From Patescibacteria group bacterium (GTDB lineage: Bacteria > Patescibacteriota > Patescibacteriia > Patescibacteriales > JAQTRU01): a DNA stretch of 64,000 nt. The stretch spans positions 127,479-191,478 of the forward strand of contig JBAZPX010000001.1 of the NCBI GenBank assembly GCA_041645555.1, in the 5' to 3' direction. Of this stretch, positions 1 through 9,272 are shown piece by piece. Positions within the stretch are counted from its first letter, which is position 1. Each line of letters begins with the position of its first letter. The notes under the pieces are model-generated. The model ran no database searches. It was not told where the DNA came from and was given only the letters and a program-made list of their open reading frames with translations. The position numbers and the translations under genes were made by a program.

Positions 1-732
1 ACTGGGAATATTTATGCTCAAGAGTTATCTGCCTATTGCCGTGACAAAAATATTAAAAAAATTCCTGCTCTTCATAAAATTGGCTGCCCCAAAGCAGATT
101 ATCTGTTTAATAAAAAAGTTAATAGAGAAGAGTTTATTAAAAGCATAGGCCTTGACCCGAATTTACCTACGGTTTTTTACGCTCCGACCTGGAATCAAGA
201 AGCTAGTATACCCATTTGGTTAGAGCCTATTCTAGAAATCCCGGACAAATATAAGGTTAATCTTATTGTAAAACTTCATCCTGGAGCCTACAATAATCCG
301 AAAAGCAAGAAACTGAGTGGTGGAATAGACTGGAAAACTTTTTTTGAGGCAGAAAATTTGCGTAAAAAAAGAATTTATAACGCCCTGAATGAAGACTCGG
401 CGGAGTTTGTAATGGTAAGCGATATTGCGATTACCGACATCAGTACTATTTGGATTGAATTTTATTTGCTTAGAAAAAATATTATTTTTTTAAACATACC
501 TGATTTTTTCAAAAAGTATGAAAAAAATTCATTAGGAGAATTCAGGGATACTTACGGCTACCTCGTTAAAGACGTTTATGAAATGAACGGTCTTATTGAG
601 GCTATGTTAAATAAAACATTTGATAAAAAAAATCCTCCTTCCTTAGATAACGAATTAATTTATAATAAAGGAGGGGCGGCGCAGGCAGCCTTTGAAGTTA
701 TTGAAAAACTATATAAATCATATGCTTCATAG
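1..732 (+). CDS. CDP-glycerol glycerophosphotransferase family protein (TagB/TagF-like), C-terminal part. The gene begins upstream of the window.
   Basis: Frame 1 is open from nt 1. The translation ...FYAPTWNQE...KLHPG...DIAITDISTIWIEFYLL...KGGAAQ matches the conserved C-terminal half of TagF-type glycerophosphotransferases. Stop at 730-732. Confidence 0.7.
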   Translation, partial: TGNIYAQELSAYCRDKNIKKIPALHKIGCPKADYLFNKKVNREEFIKSIGLDPNLPTVFYAPTWNQEASIPIWLEPILEIPDKYKVNLIVKLHPGAYNNPKSKKLSGGIDWKTFFEAENLRKKRIYNALNEDSAEFVMVSDIAITDISTIWIEFYLLRKNIIFLNIPDFFKKYEKNSLGEFRDTYGYLVKDVYEMNGLIEAMLNKTFDKKNPPSLDNELIYNKGGAAQAAFEVIEKLYKSYAS

Positions 733-1408
733 ACAGATAAAAAAGTTGCCAAAATTTTTCTTTAACTTATATGAATGGCAATTAATAAGATCATACTCCA
801 AATATCAGCCGATTTTTTATAAAGGGAAATTAGTTATGGGGCCAGACAGGGATTGTTTAGACAGGTGGAAGTTAATTGAAGAGGAAATAAAAAAGTTTAA
901 AATAAAAACAGTTGTTGATATTGGCTGCGCTGAAGGATTTTATGTGTTGCAATCAGCTAAAGAGTGCGGTTGTATTTCTTTAGGGATTGAGGCCGATATT
1001 CGGCGTTTAAGTATGGCGCAAAGCCAAATAATTTCTGAAAAAATTATACCCGCCGGATTTTTATTGGCGGAAGTTGATGAACAATTCATAGAAAATATGC
1101 CTGCTTTTGATTTAGTTATATTTATGTCAGTGATGCATCACCTGATGTATTCCAGGGGAGAGGAATATTGCCGTAATTTTTTAAATAAATTAAGGGGAAG
1201 AATCAACAAAGCAATGATTTTTGAGATGGGGCAATCTGATGAATTAAAAAATGCCTGGGCCGCAAAATTACCCGACATGGGCAGCGACCCCCATCAGTGG
1301 ATTGCTGATTTTTTGAAGTCAGCCGGATTTAGTGAAGTTACGAAAATAGGTGAAAGCGACTCTTATAAGAAAGATAAAAACAGGGCTATTTTCAGAGTAG
1401 TACCGTAG
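722..1408 (+). CDS. class I SAM-dependent methyltransferase
   Basis: Motif I VVDIGCAEGFY and the overall MTase fold pattern. The ORF track starts at a TTG at 692; the first ATG is at 722, overlapping the upstream stop by 11 nt. Confidence 0.65.
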   Translation: MLHRQIKKLPKFFFNLYEWQLIRSYSKYQPIFYKGKLVMGPDRDCLDRWKLIEEEIKKFKIKTVVDIGCAEGFYVLQSAKECGCISLGIEADIRRLSMAQSQIISEKIIPAGFLLAEVDEQFIENMPAFDLVIFMSVMHHLMYSRGEEYCRNFLNKLRGRINKAMIFEMGQSDELKNAWAAKLPDMGSDPHQWIADFLKSAGFSEVTKIGESDSYKKDKNRAIFRVVP

Positions 1409-1469
1409 GATTTTTTATTTTTTTCTGCTTGGGAAGATTTTACTAATATTAAGGCAAAAAATATTTAAT

Positions 1470-2672
1470 ATGCTAAAAAACGATAAATTAAAAGTCTTGT
1501 GTTTAAGCTTCTGGACGCCCCCTGTGGTTCGCCCGCAATCTATTTTAATTGGCAAGATGATTCCCGAATGGAAAAAACAGGGTTTAGATCCGATAATTAT
1601 CACTTATGATATCTGCGGAGACTGGAAAATAGGCGCACCGGTTTATAAAATTCCTAAATTTAAAATAAACCGGTATTTTAATAAGTTTTTTTTAGTTCGT
1701 AATTTTTTTGCCAATAAATATTATAAACAATTATATAAAGTTACGGAAGACGTAATAAAGAAACATAAAATAAATATTATTTTTTCTTTTTCAAACCCCC
1801 AAGCCAGCAATATCTTGGGGGCGATGTTAAAAGAAAAATTAGACATTAAATTCGTCGCCCATTTTAGCGATCCCTGGTTTGATAATCCGTATAAAGAGTA
1901 TCTGGGGCTTGAGAGAAGAAATGTTTTAAAACTAGAAAAATATGTTGTCGCCAATAGCGATAAAGTGGTTTTTACAAATGAGATAGCCCGCAATTTAATT
2001 ATGAAAAAGTATCCAGCGTCTTGGGCTAAAAAAGCGGGAGTAATTCCCCATTGCTTTAATTTGAAAGATTATCCGGAAGTTCAGAAGAAAGATTCCGATA
2101 AATTTATTATAAGTTATATTGGCGCTTTTTATGAAAAAAGAAATCCGGAAATGTTATTTGTCGCTTTAAGAGAGTTAATTAAAAAAAATCCCAGCTTTAA
2201 AGAAAAATTTATAATTAAGCTGATCGGTGCGGCCAATGATTATGCCGGTTATAGTACCGAAGGCATAGCCAAGATGGCAGATCTTTATAGCTTAAAAGAT
2301 AATATAAAAATTATTCCCCCGGTTAGTTATGAAGAGAGCTTAAAATATATGAAATTATCCGATTGTTTGGTCGTGATTGACGCCGATATGCCGGGCAGCC
2401 CGTTTTTGCCGTCAAAGGTTGTTGACTATGCCGGGAGCGGCAATATTATTATCGGGATAACCCCGGCCAATAGTCCGACGGCTCAGTTTATAAAAGGTTT
2501 GGGTTGCGAATCATTCAATTATGATCAAGCTTATGAATTAGCTAAATATCTTGAAGGGTTAATTTCGGGAGAAATAAAAATAGAAATAAACAAAGAATAT
2601 TTAAAGCAGTATGATGTGCGAAGCACTACTACTAAATTAATTAATATATTTGATAAAGTTTTAGAGAAATAA
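1470..2672 (+). CDS. glycosyltransferase (GT4-like)
   Basis: C-terminal Rossmann half with FIISYIGAFYEKRNPE...LIGAAND pattern typical of GT-B retaining glycosyltransferases. Lies in a sugar-biosynthesis neighbourhood. Confidence 0.5.
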   Translation: MLKNDKLKVLCLSFWTPPVVRPQSILIGKMIPEWKKQGLDPIIITYDICGDWKIGAPVYKIPKFKINRYFNKFFLVRNFFANKYYKQLYKVTEDVIKKHKINIIFSFSNPQASNILGAMLKEKLDIKFVAHFSDPWFDNPYKEYLGLERRNVLKLEKYVVANSDKVVFTNEIARNLIMKKYPASWAKKAGVIPHCFNLKDYPEVQKKDSDKFIISYIGAFYEKRNPEMLFVALRELIKKNPSFKEKFIIKLIGAANDYAGYSTEGIAKMADLYSLKDNIKIIPPVSYEESLKYMKLSDCLVVIDADMPGSPFLPSKVVDYAGSGNIIIGITPANSPTAQFIKGLGCESFNYDQAYELAKYLEGLISGEIKIEINKEYLKQYDVRSTTTKLINIFDKVLEK

Positions 2673-2675
2673 GTT

Positions 2676-3770
2676 ATGAAAATTGCTATTATTTTAGGAA
2701 CCAGGCCGGAGATTATAAAAATGTCTCCAATAATTAGGGCTTGCGAAGACAAAGGTTTTGATTATTTTATTTTGCATACCGGTCAGCACTATAGCTATGA
2801 AATGGATAAAAAAATGTTTGAAGATTTAGAAATTAGGGAGCCAAAGTATAACTTAAATGTTGGTGGTCATGAATATCGTAAGCAGGTTGGGCTTATGATT
2901 AGGGAAATTATAGGCGTTTTAGCCAAGGAAAAGCCGGAAGTGGTATTGGTTCAGGGGGATACCAACAGCGTTTTAGCCGGCGCCTTAGCCGCCAATAAGC
3001 TCGGAATTAAAATTGGCCATCACGAGGCGGGCTTAAGAAGCCACGATTTAACCATGCTGGAAGAAACTAACCGAATCATAACGGACCACATTTCTGATTT
3101 TTTATTCGCGCCCACAGAAGATGCCTTAAAAAATCTAAAAGACGAAGGGATTGCTGATGGCAAAGCGGTTTTAACCGGCAATACCGTAGTTGACGCCGTC
3201 TTTCAGAATCTTGAATTAGCCGGTAAGAAAAGCGATATTCTGGAAAAAATAAACCTAGAGGGCAAAGATTATATTTTAACTACGGCGCACCGGGCGGAAA
3301 ACGTAGATATAGAGGATCGTTTGAAAGGTATTTTGGGGGGATTAGCTTTGGTGGCTCGTGATTTTAGTTTGCCGATAATTTATCCGATTCATCCCCGAAC
3401 TTTAAATAACATAAAAAAATTCGGTTTAAAGATCCCGGCGGGCGTAAAAACAATAAAACCTTTGGGCTATCTGGATTTCTTACAATTAGAGTCAAAGGCA
3501 AATCTGATAATTACGGATTCCGGCGGTTTGCAGGAAGAAGCTTGTATTTTAAAAATTCCCTGCGTGACTATCAGGGATAATACCGAGAGGCCGGAAACAA
3601 TAAAAGCCGGTGTTAATATTCTAGCTGGCGTTGAGCCAGAAAAGATACGGCAATCGGCTAAGAAAATAATTAAAAGCAGAAAAAAATGGATCAATCCTTT
3701 TGGCGACGGTAAGGCTGCGGAAAGAATAGTCGGGGCTTTAGCAAACTCTAATAAAAATAAAGATTATTAA
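2676..3770 (+). CDS. wecB: UDP-N-acetylglucosamine 2-epimerase (non-hydrolysing)
   Basis: MKIAIILGTRPEIIKMSP, HTGQHY, LVQGDTNS, HHEAGLRS, TDSGGLQEEA: canonical WecB/MnaA motifs over the full length. Confidence 0.9.
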   Translation: MKIAIILGTRPEIIKMSPIIRACEDKGFDYFILHTGQHYSYEMDKKMFEDLEIREPKYNLNVGGHEYRKQVGLMIREIIGVLAKEKPEVVLVQGDTNSVLAGALAANKLGIKIGHHEAGLRSHDLTMLEETNRIITDHISDFLFAPTEDALKNLKDEGIADGKAVLTGNTVVDAVFQNLELAGKKSDILEKINLEGKDYILTTAHRAENVDIEDRLKGILGGLALVARDFSLPIIYPIHPRTLNNIKKFGLKIPAGVKTIKPLGYLDFLQLESKANLIITDSGGLQEEACILKIPCVTIRDNTERPETIKAGVNILAGVEPEKIRQSAKKIIKSRKKWINPFGDGKAAERIVGALANSNKNKDY

Positions 3771-3895
3771 TGAGTGGAGCAATTTATTAAAAAATTTTTA
3801 GTAGACCCCGTTAGCCCCGCTTATCCCGTTAGAAGTTTCACTTCCAATGGGACTAAAAAATTTATTTCTAACGGGGTAAATATAATATTAACAAG

Positions 3896-5338
3896 ATGAA
3901 AATAGTATTAATAAATCCGCCCGCTTTATCAGAAAAAGAAGAATTACCGCTTTCTCAACCGCTGGGGTTGGCTTCAATCGCGGCTGTTTTAAGGGAGAAG
4001 GGGCATCCAGTTTCAGTAATTGACTCCGTCGCTTTAGGGCGGGAAAAAGCCAGAGCCTTAATTATTAATGATAATACATATTATAGAGTTGGACTTGATT
4101 ACGAAGAAATAGCTAAACTTGTAGAGCCGGATACTGAATTAATCGGCCTTACCGCTCCTTTCACTCACCATTCCCATGTTGTTAAACCCCTAATTAAGGT
4201 TTTGCGGAAACATCATAAAAATATACCTATTATGTTAGGCGGAGTTTACCCCTCAACTATTCCTTGGCACGCTTCTCAAACAGGAGCTCATTATATTGCC
4301 ATTGGTGAAGGAGAGCCGATTATTACAGCTTTTGCTAACGGGGTGGATATTGGGAAAATCGATGGTTTGTATAGGTCGGAATATTTTTATGGCGCGGATT
4401 CTGAAAGTATCCCTGATTATACTATCGGCGTGGTTGATGATCTGAATTCTCTTCCTTTTCCAGCCAGAGATTTATTACCTTTTGATTTGTATCTTAAATC
4501 AAAAGGTTCAGGGCGTGGCAAAGGCAAGTTCGGCATATCTATTCATACCTCAAGAGGTTGTCCTTTTGCCTGCGCTTTTTGTTCCGTACATTCTGTTTTC
4601 AAAAGAGGATACCGCGCACGGTCAGTTGAAAAAATATGGGAAGAAATGCAAGAAATAATCAATCGTTATAATATTTTTCATTTTGAATTTGAAGATGATA
4701 ATTTAACTTTAATTAGGGAAAGAGCGGTCGGCTTGTTTAGCAAAATAGCCGATTGGAACAACACTCATGATAAAAAAATTACCTTTGCAACGCCTAACGG
4801 CGTAAGAATTGATACCCTTGATAAAGATTTAATTTTTTTAATGAGAGAAGCGGGCTGTGAAAGATTATCATTGGCTCTAGAACATGGTGATCAAGAAATG
4901 CTTGATTTAATGAACAAAAAATTAAATTTAGAAAAAGTGAGAGAAGTCGTGGCTAACTGCCAAAAAGCGGGGATAAAATTAGTGATTTATTTAATTGTTG
5001 GATTTCCGGGCGAGACCTTGGCGCGTTGGAAAAAGGGAATTAAATTTGCTAAAAAACTTAAAAGAATAAATGGAAATCTCTCCTTTAGTTTACATGCCGC
5101 CAAAGCTCTTCCCGGAACTCAATTATATAATTTTTGTAAAAACCATAATTATTTAGCAGGCCCTAATCCGAATGAGATGGTTTTAATTGGTAATATTCCT
5201 AATATTTCTACGCCGGATTTTTCCGTTGAAGATATTATAAAGAGAGTTAAAAAAACAGAAAAGATATTAAATCCAACCGGTATATTCAGAAAAAGTTTTT
5301 CAAAACTTCAAAAGCTAAGGTTAAAAATAAGTAGATAA
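3896..5338 (+). CDS. B12-binding domain radical SAM protein
   Basis: N-terminal cobalamin-binding-like domain (MKIVLINPP...) followed by the radical SAM CxxxCxxC motif SRGCPFACAFCSV. Confidence 0.8.
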   Translation: MKIVLINPPALSEKEELPLSQPLGLASIAAVLREKGHPVSVIDSVALGREKARALIINDNTYYRVGLDYEEIAKLVEPDTELIGLTAPFTHHSHVVKPLIKVLRKHHKNIPIMLGGVYPSTIPWHASQTGAHYIAIGEGEPIITAFANGVDIGKIDGLYRSEYFYGADSESIPDYTIGVVDDLNSLPFPARDLLPFDLYLKSKGSGRGKGKFGISIHTSRGCPFACAFCSVHSVFKRGYRARSVEKIWEEMQEIINRYNIFHFEFEDDNLTLIRERAVGLFSKIADWNNTHDKKITFATPNGVRIDTLDKDLIFLMREAGCERLSLALEHGDQEMLDLMNKKLNLEKVREVVANCQKAGIKLVIYLIVGFPGETLARWKKGIKFAKKLKRINGNLSFSLHAAKALPGTQLYNFCKNHNYLAGPNPNEMVLIGNIPNISTPDFSVEDIIKRVKKTEKILNPTGIFRKSFSKLQKLRLKISR

Positions 5339-5346
5339 ATAATTCA

Positions 5347-6711
5347 CTAAACCCCCTTCCTACTCGCTATGGTAGTAATAGTTTTTAAAATAATAGACAG
5401 GTCAAGATAAATTGATCTGTTTTTTATGTAAAATAAATCGTATTGAAGTTTTTTTAAGGTGTCTTCCTGGCTCGGGGAATGGTACTCGCCGGAAACCTGA
5501 TCCCAACCGGTTAGGCCGGGCTTAACCAGCAGCCTTTCATTGTAAAAAGGGATTTTTCTTTCCAGCTCCTCTATTAACTCCGGCCTTTCCGGGCGCGGGC
5601 CGACAAAGCCCATTTCCCCATATAGAATATTTATTACCTGAGGAATTTCGTCAATCCTGGTCTTGCGCAGCCAGGAGCCGAATTTAGTAATGCGGTTATC
5701 ATCTTTGGCGGTCGGAGAAAAATTATTATTTATAACCGTCATGGTGCGGAATTTAATTATTTTGAAAGGCTTCTTGCCCTTGCCGATTCTAGTCTGCCTA
5801 AAGAAAACCGGGCCCTGGCTTTCCAGTTTTATGGCTACCCCGATAATCGGCCAGAAAACCAAAGTCCCGAATAAAATTAATAAAGCCAGGATAAAATCAT
5901 AAAGACGCTTTATAAAACCAAATAAAGATTTTCGGCCTTCGCTTAAATTTTCCAAAAACCACATCTGGTTGATTGATTCAATCGGGATCCGGCCGGTAAT
6001 GTTTTCGTAAAAATTAGGCAGGCTGGTATAGCTGATCTTTAGGGGCAGGCAGCTGAAAAGAATGGTCCGCAGTTCCTCTGACTGATGGGGGTCGGAAGTG
6101 AGAATAATATTAGTAATTTTTTTAGAACTAATTAGGGGATACAAGCGGGAAACGTCATTAAAGATTGGGACACTGTCAATATTCCTCTGCCCGGTATTTT
6201 TATCATCAACCACGAAAGCAACGTTAAAACCGAGATGCGGTTTCTCCCTTAATTCTTTTATTAATTCCAGCACCTGGTTATTTAGACCGACAAAAGCGAT
6301 ATTATTTTTCGGCAAATATGATTTTAAAGACCAATTAAAAAATTGCCGCCAGAGAGAAAATAAAACAGCAAAGATGATTACGTAAATTAAAAGATTCCTT
6401 TTTGGGGCAATGCTTATCTGCGGCGTTAAATAAAAGAAGGCGACAGACAGCAAGCTGGTTATCAAAAGACCTTTGGCGGTTAAGCGGAAAAAATTTGCGT
6501 TGTTGGCAGCCAGATTCAGGTTGTATAAACTAGAAATATAGAAAATTAGAATCCAAGCCGCAAAAATTATAGTAAAAGGCCCGACATGGCTTTGCCAGAG
6601 CTCGCTAGTCGGCTTGTTCCAGTAGCGGATTAGAAGCGTTAAATAAAGGGAAAGATAAAGGACCCCGATATCACCGGCCAAAAGGATAATTTTTTTTAAT
6701 TTATTGTTCAT
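5347..6711 (-). CDS. polyprenyl-phosphate sugar phosphotransferase (WbaP/exopolysaccharide priming transferase family)
   Basis: N-terminal multi-TM region. C-terminal bacterial sugar transferase domain with ...FVGPRPERPELIEELERKIPFYNERLLVKPGLTGWDQV. Confidence 0.85.
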   Translation of the reverse strand: MNNKLKKIILLAGDIGVLYLSLYLTLLIRYWNKPTSELWQSHVGPFTIIFAAWILIFYISSLYNLNLAANNANFFRLTAKGLLITSLLSVAFFYLTPQISIAPKRNLLIYVIIFAVLFSLWRQFFNWSLKSYLPKNNIAFVGLNNQVLELIKELREKPHLGFNVAFVVDDKNTGQRNIDSVPIFNDVSRLYPLISSKKITNIILTSDPHQSEELRTILFSCLPLKISYTSLPNFYENITGRIPIESINQMWFLENLSEGRKSLFGFIKRLYDFILALLILFGTLVFWPIIGVAIKLESQGPVFFRQTRIGKGKKPFKIIKFRTMTVINNNFSPTAKDDNRITKFGSWLRKTRIDEIPQVINILYGEMGFVGPRPERPELIEELERKIPFYNERLLVKPGLTGWDQVSGEYHSPSQEDTLKKLQYDLFYIKNRSIYLDLSIILKTITTIASRKGV

Positions 6712-6824
6712 TTTTTAGGTGTTAAATTTAGGTGTTAGGTATTCATAATTTAGCAGACTTTTTGAGAAAAATCAAGCGGACTACAGCTGTTGCGAATTAT
6801 AAAACAGAATGTTATAATTTAAGC

Positions 6825-7916
6825 ATGCCAGGAAGTAAAAAGCAGGAAAAATTAAATTGGCCCTTGGTCGGCAATAGCCATATCATTGACTTTTTATCTA
6901 AAAGCCTTGTTAATGAAAAGATAGCCAATGCTTATATTTTTTTCGGACCGCAGGACTTAGGCAAAGCTACGGTTGCTAATTATTTTGCCAAGAGCCTGCT
7001 CTGCCAAAGCAAAGCTAAATTTAGAAAAGGCGAGATTGTTTCGCCTTGTGGCGAGTGCGTTTCCTGCCAGGCTTTTACCAGAATAAAGAAAAGCAATTCC
7101 GGCCAGAGCCAAAAGGAAGATGCCGGGATAATCCACGGAGACCTCCACTTAATAGAAAGGGAGAAAGATAAAAAAAATATTTCTATTGAGCAGGCCAGGG
7201 AATTCATCAAGGGCTTAAGTTTAAGTTCATTTTTAGGATCTTATAAGGTGGGCATTATAAAGGAAGCGGACAGTTTAAGCCTTGAAGCCGCTAATGCTTT
7301 ATTAAAGACTTTGGAGGAGCCAAAAGAAAAAGTGGTTATTATATTAATTGCCGCTAATTTAGAATCAATCCCGGCAACTATCGTTTCTCGCAGCCAGGTC
7401 CTAAATTTTTATCCGGTTAAGACTGATATTATCCATAATTATCTTGTCGATGAACATAAAGTTTCAAGAAGTTTAGCGAAAAATTTTTCTAAAATTTCTC
7501 TGGGCCGGCCGGCCTTGGCGGTTAAATTTTTAAAAGATAAAGATTTTTATAAGGACTACACGGATAAAGCAAAAATTTTTTTGGATTTTGCCAGACAGGA
7601 TATAAATGAACGGCTGGCCGGGATAGAAAAAATAATCGGAGCCGGTTTTTCCGGGCAGGAAAGCAGCAAAAGAGCCCTTAGAATATTAGAAATTTGGCAG
7701 GGGGTGGCCCGCGATTTATTGCTTTTGGATTTAGGGCAGAAGGATTTAATTCAGCACCATATAATGATTGAAGAGTTTGCCCAGCAAAGAGGAAAATTTA
7801 ACCCCGGAGTTGCGGTTTTAATAAATATGGTTAAAAATTTAGAGGCCGGTAAAGAATATTTAAGAGCCAATGTCAATCCTAAATTGGTTTTAGAAAACAT
7901 AGCGATTAATATATAG
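6825..7916 (+). CDS. holB: DNA polymerase III subunit delta'
   Basis: AAA+ clamp-loader pattern: IANAYIFFGPQDLGKATVA, Zn module CGECVSCQ, YKVGIIKEADSLSLEAANALLKTLEEP. The ORF track starts at a GTG at 6732; the first ATG (MPGSKK) is at 6825. Confidence 0.75.
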   Translation: MPGSKKQEKLNWPLVGNSHIIDFLSKSLVNEKIANAYIFFGPQDLGKATVANYFAKSLLCQSKAKFRKGEIVSPCGECVSCQAFTRIKKSNSGQSQKEDAGIIHGDLHLIEREKDKKNISIEQAREFIKGLSLSSFLGSYKVGIIKEADSLSLEAANALLKTLEEPKEKVVIILIAANLESIPATIVSRSQVLNFYPVKTDIIHNYLVDEHKVSRSLAKNFSKISLGRPALAVKFLKDKDFYKDYTDKAKIFLDFARQDINERLAGIEKIIGAGFSGQESSKRALRILEIWQGVARDLLLLDLGQKDLIQHHIMIEEFAQQRGKFNPGVAVLINMVKNLEAGKEYLRANVNPKLVLENIAINI

Positions 7917-7924
7917 CATAAAGT

Positions 7925-8110
7925 AAAATGCAAAAATAAAAATGATTAAAAAATTATCTTCTTAATTCCCAATTTCTAATTCACCTAATTTCTAATAAAA
8001 TGCCTAATTCTCAAATGTCTAATTTTTAATTAGTTCTTAAATTATTTTGGTCATTGGACATTTGGATTTTTATTAGGAATTAGAAATTGTAATTTAGAAA
8101 TTTTTAATTA
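7925..8110. repeat. AT-rich palindromic intergenic element (aatttctaat / attagaaatt family)
   Basis: Left arm aatttctaattcacctaatttctaataaaatgcctaattctcaaatgtctaat. Right arm is its imperfect reverse complement (...cattggacatttggatttttattaggaattagaaattgtaatttagaaatt). Confidence 0.7.
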
Positions 8111-8115
8111 AACAT

Positions 8116-9195
8116 ATGTTTAAAAACAAACTGAATTTACTAATTATAACGATGGCTATGGCGGTTCTAGTCTCTGGCTGTTCCATTAGTTTTAAGGGTG
8201 GAGAAGGTGGCGGCAATGACGGCGGCGTTTATGTGACTGCTAACCAAGGCAATACCTGGGTCCAGAAAGTTTTAATTCCGACCACCAGCGGCCAGCCGGG
8301 CAGTTTCGGCAATTTAAGCGCTTCTTCTTTGGCTATGGATCCAAGCGATCCGGGAGCGGTTTATTTCGGCAGCGTAGACAACGGTCTCCTTTATACTTAT
8401 AATGGAGCGGGAGGCTGGTTTCTGGCCAGCGGTTTGGGAAAGGTGACAATTAATACTATAGCCGTTGACCCGGGCTCAAAATGCATAATTTATGTCGGTA
8501 TTGGAAATAAAGTTTATAAATCAAACGACTGCAATCGGACTTGGGCCCAGGTTTATTACGATAATGATGTTAACACGAGAGTTGAGACTATCGCTATAGA
8601 CCACTATAATAGCGTTAATGTTTATGTCGGCACTTCAAGGGGCGAGGTAATACAGAGTTCTGACCGGGGAGGGAGTTGGAAAACTATCGGCCGCCTTGAA
8701 AGCAGCGTGCAAAAAATTATCGTCGGTCCGGCTGACAGCCGCTTAATCTTTGCCGCCACGGCTAAAAAGGGAATTTTCCGTTCAACCGACAGCGGCGCCA
8801 ATTGGGTAAGCCTAGAAGAAAACCTAAAGGACTTTAAAGACATTCTTAGCTTTAAGGATTTAGTTGCTGCTCCTACTGAGAAAGGTTTAATATTTCTGGC
8901 GACGAATTATGGAATATTAAAGTCAACCGATAACGGCGATAATTGGACAAAAATTGAGTTAATTACCCCGGAAAAGAAAGCAACCATTAATTCTATAGCC
9001 GTTGGCCCGAAGAATTCCAAAGAAATTTATTACGTTACCAATACGACTTTTTACCGTTCTCTAGACGGCGGGACGAACTGGGCGACAAAGAAACTGCCAA
9101 CTACCCGGGCCGGCTGGAAATTGCTGGTTAATAAGGAGAATCCGAATATCATTTATTTGGGCGTAAGAAAAATAGAGGATAATAGGGGTTTTTAA
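8116..9195 (+). CDS. BNR/Asp-box repeat lipoprotein (beta-propeller, sialidase/Ycf48-like fold)
   Basis: Signal peptide with lipobox LVSGC. Six S-x-D-x-G-x-[TN]-W Asp-box motifs (TANQGNTW, SNDCNRTW, SSDRGGSW, STDSGANW, STDNGDNW, SLDGGTNW). Confidence 0.7.
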   Translation: MFKNKLNLLIITMAMAVLVSGCSISFKGGEGGGNDGGVYVTANQGNTWVQKVLIPTTSGQPGSFGNLSASSLAMDPSDPGAVYFGSVDNGLLYTYNGAGGWFLASGLGKVTINTIAVDPGSKCIIYVGIGNKVYKSNDCNRTWAQVYYDNDVNTRVETIAIDHYNSVNVYVGTSRGEVIQSSDRGGSWKTIGRLESSVQKIIVGPADSRLIFAATAKKGIFRSTDSGANWVSLEENLKDFKDILSFKDLVAAPTEKGLIFLATNYGILKSTDNGDNWTKIELITPEKKATINSIAVGPKNSKEIYYVTNTTFYRSLDGGTNWATKKLPTTRAGWKLLVNKENPNIIYLGVRKIEDNRGF

Positions 9196-9199
9196 TTAC

Positions 9200-9265
9200 T
9201 AATTTATCACCGCCTCGGCGGGATCCCGCCTTCAAATATTATAATAAAGTGGCGGGACAAATTAC
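9200..9265 (+). repeat. dispersed ~60-nt palindrome-containing intergenic element, copy A (upstream of frr)
   Basis: ttatcaccgcctcggcgggatcccgccttcaaatattataataaagtggcgggacaaat. Contains the 12-nt perfect palindrome gcgggatcccgc and tcccgcc/ggcggga pairing. Confidence 0.8.
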
Positions 9266-9272
9266 AATTATT

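Noticed and set aside
692-721. Upstream TTG start for the methyltransferase overlapping the TagF-like gene by 41 nt
   Set aside because: The first ATG at 722 gives a conventional short overlap. Nothing supports the TTG extension.
7925-8110. AT-rich repeated intergenic motifs considered as CRISPR arrays
   Set aside because: Repeats are imperfect and palindromic between arms, not regularly spaced direct repeats separated by unique spacers. No cas genes in the window.
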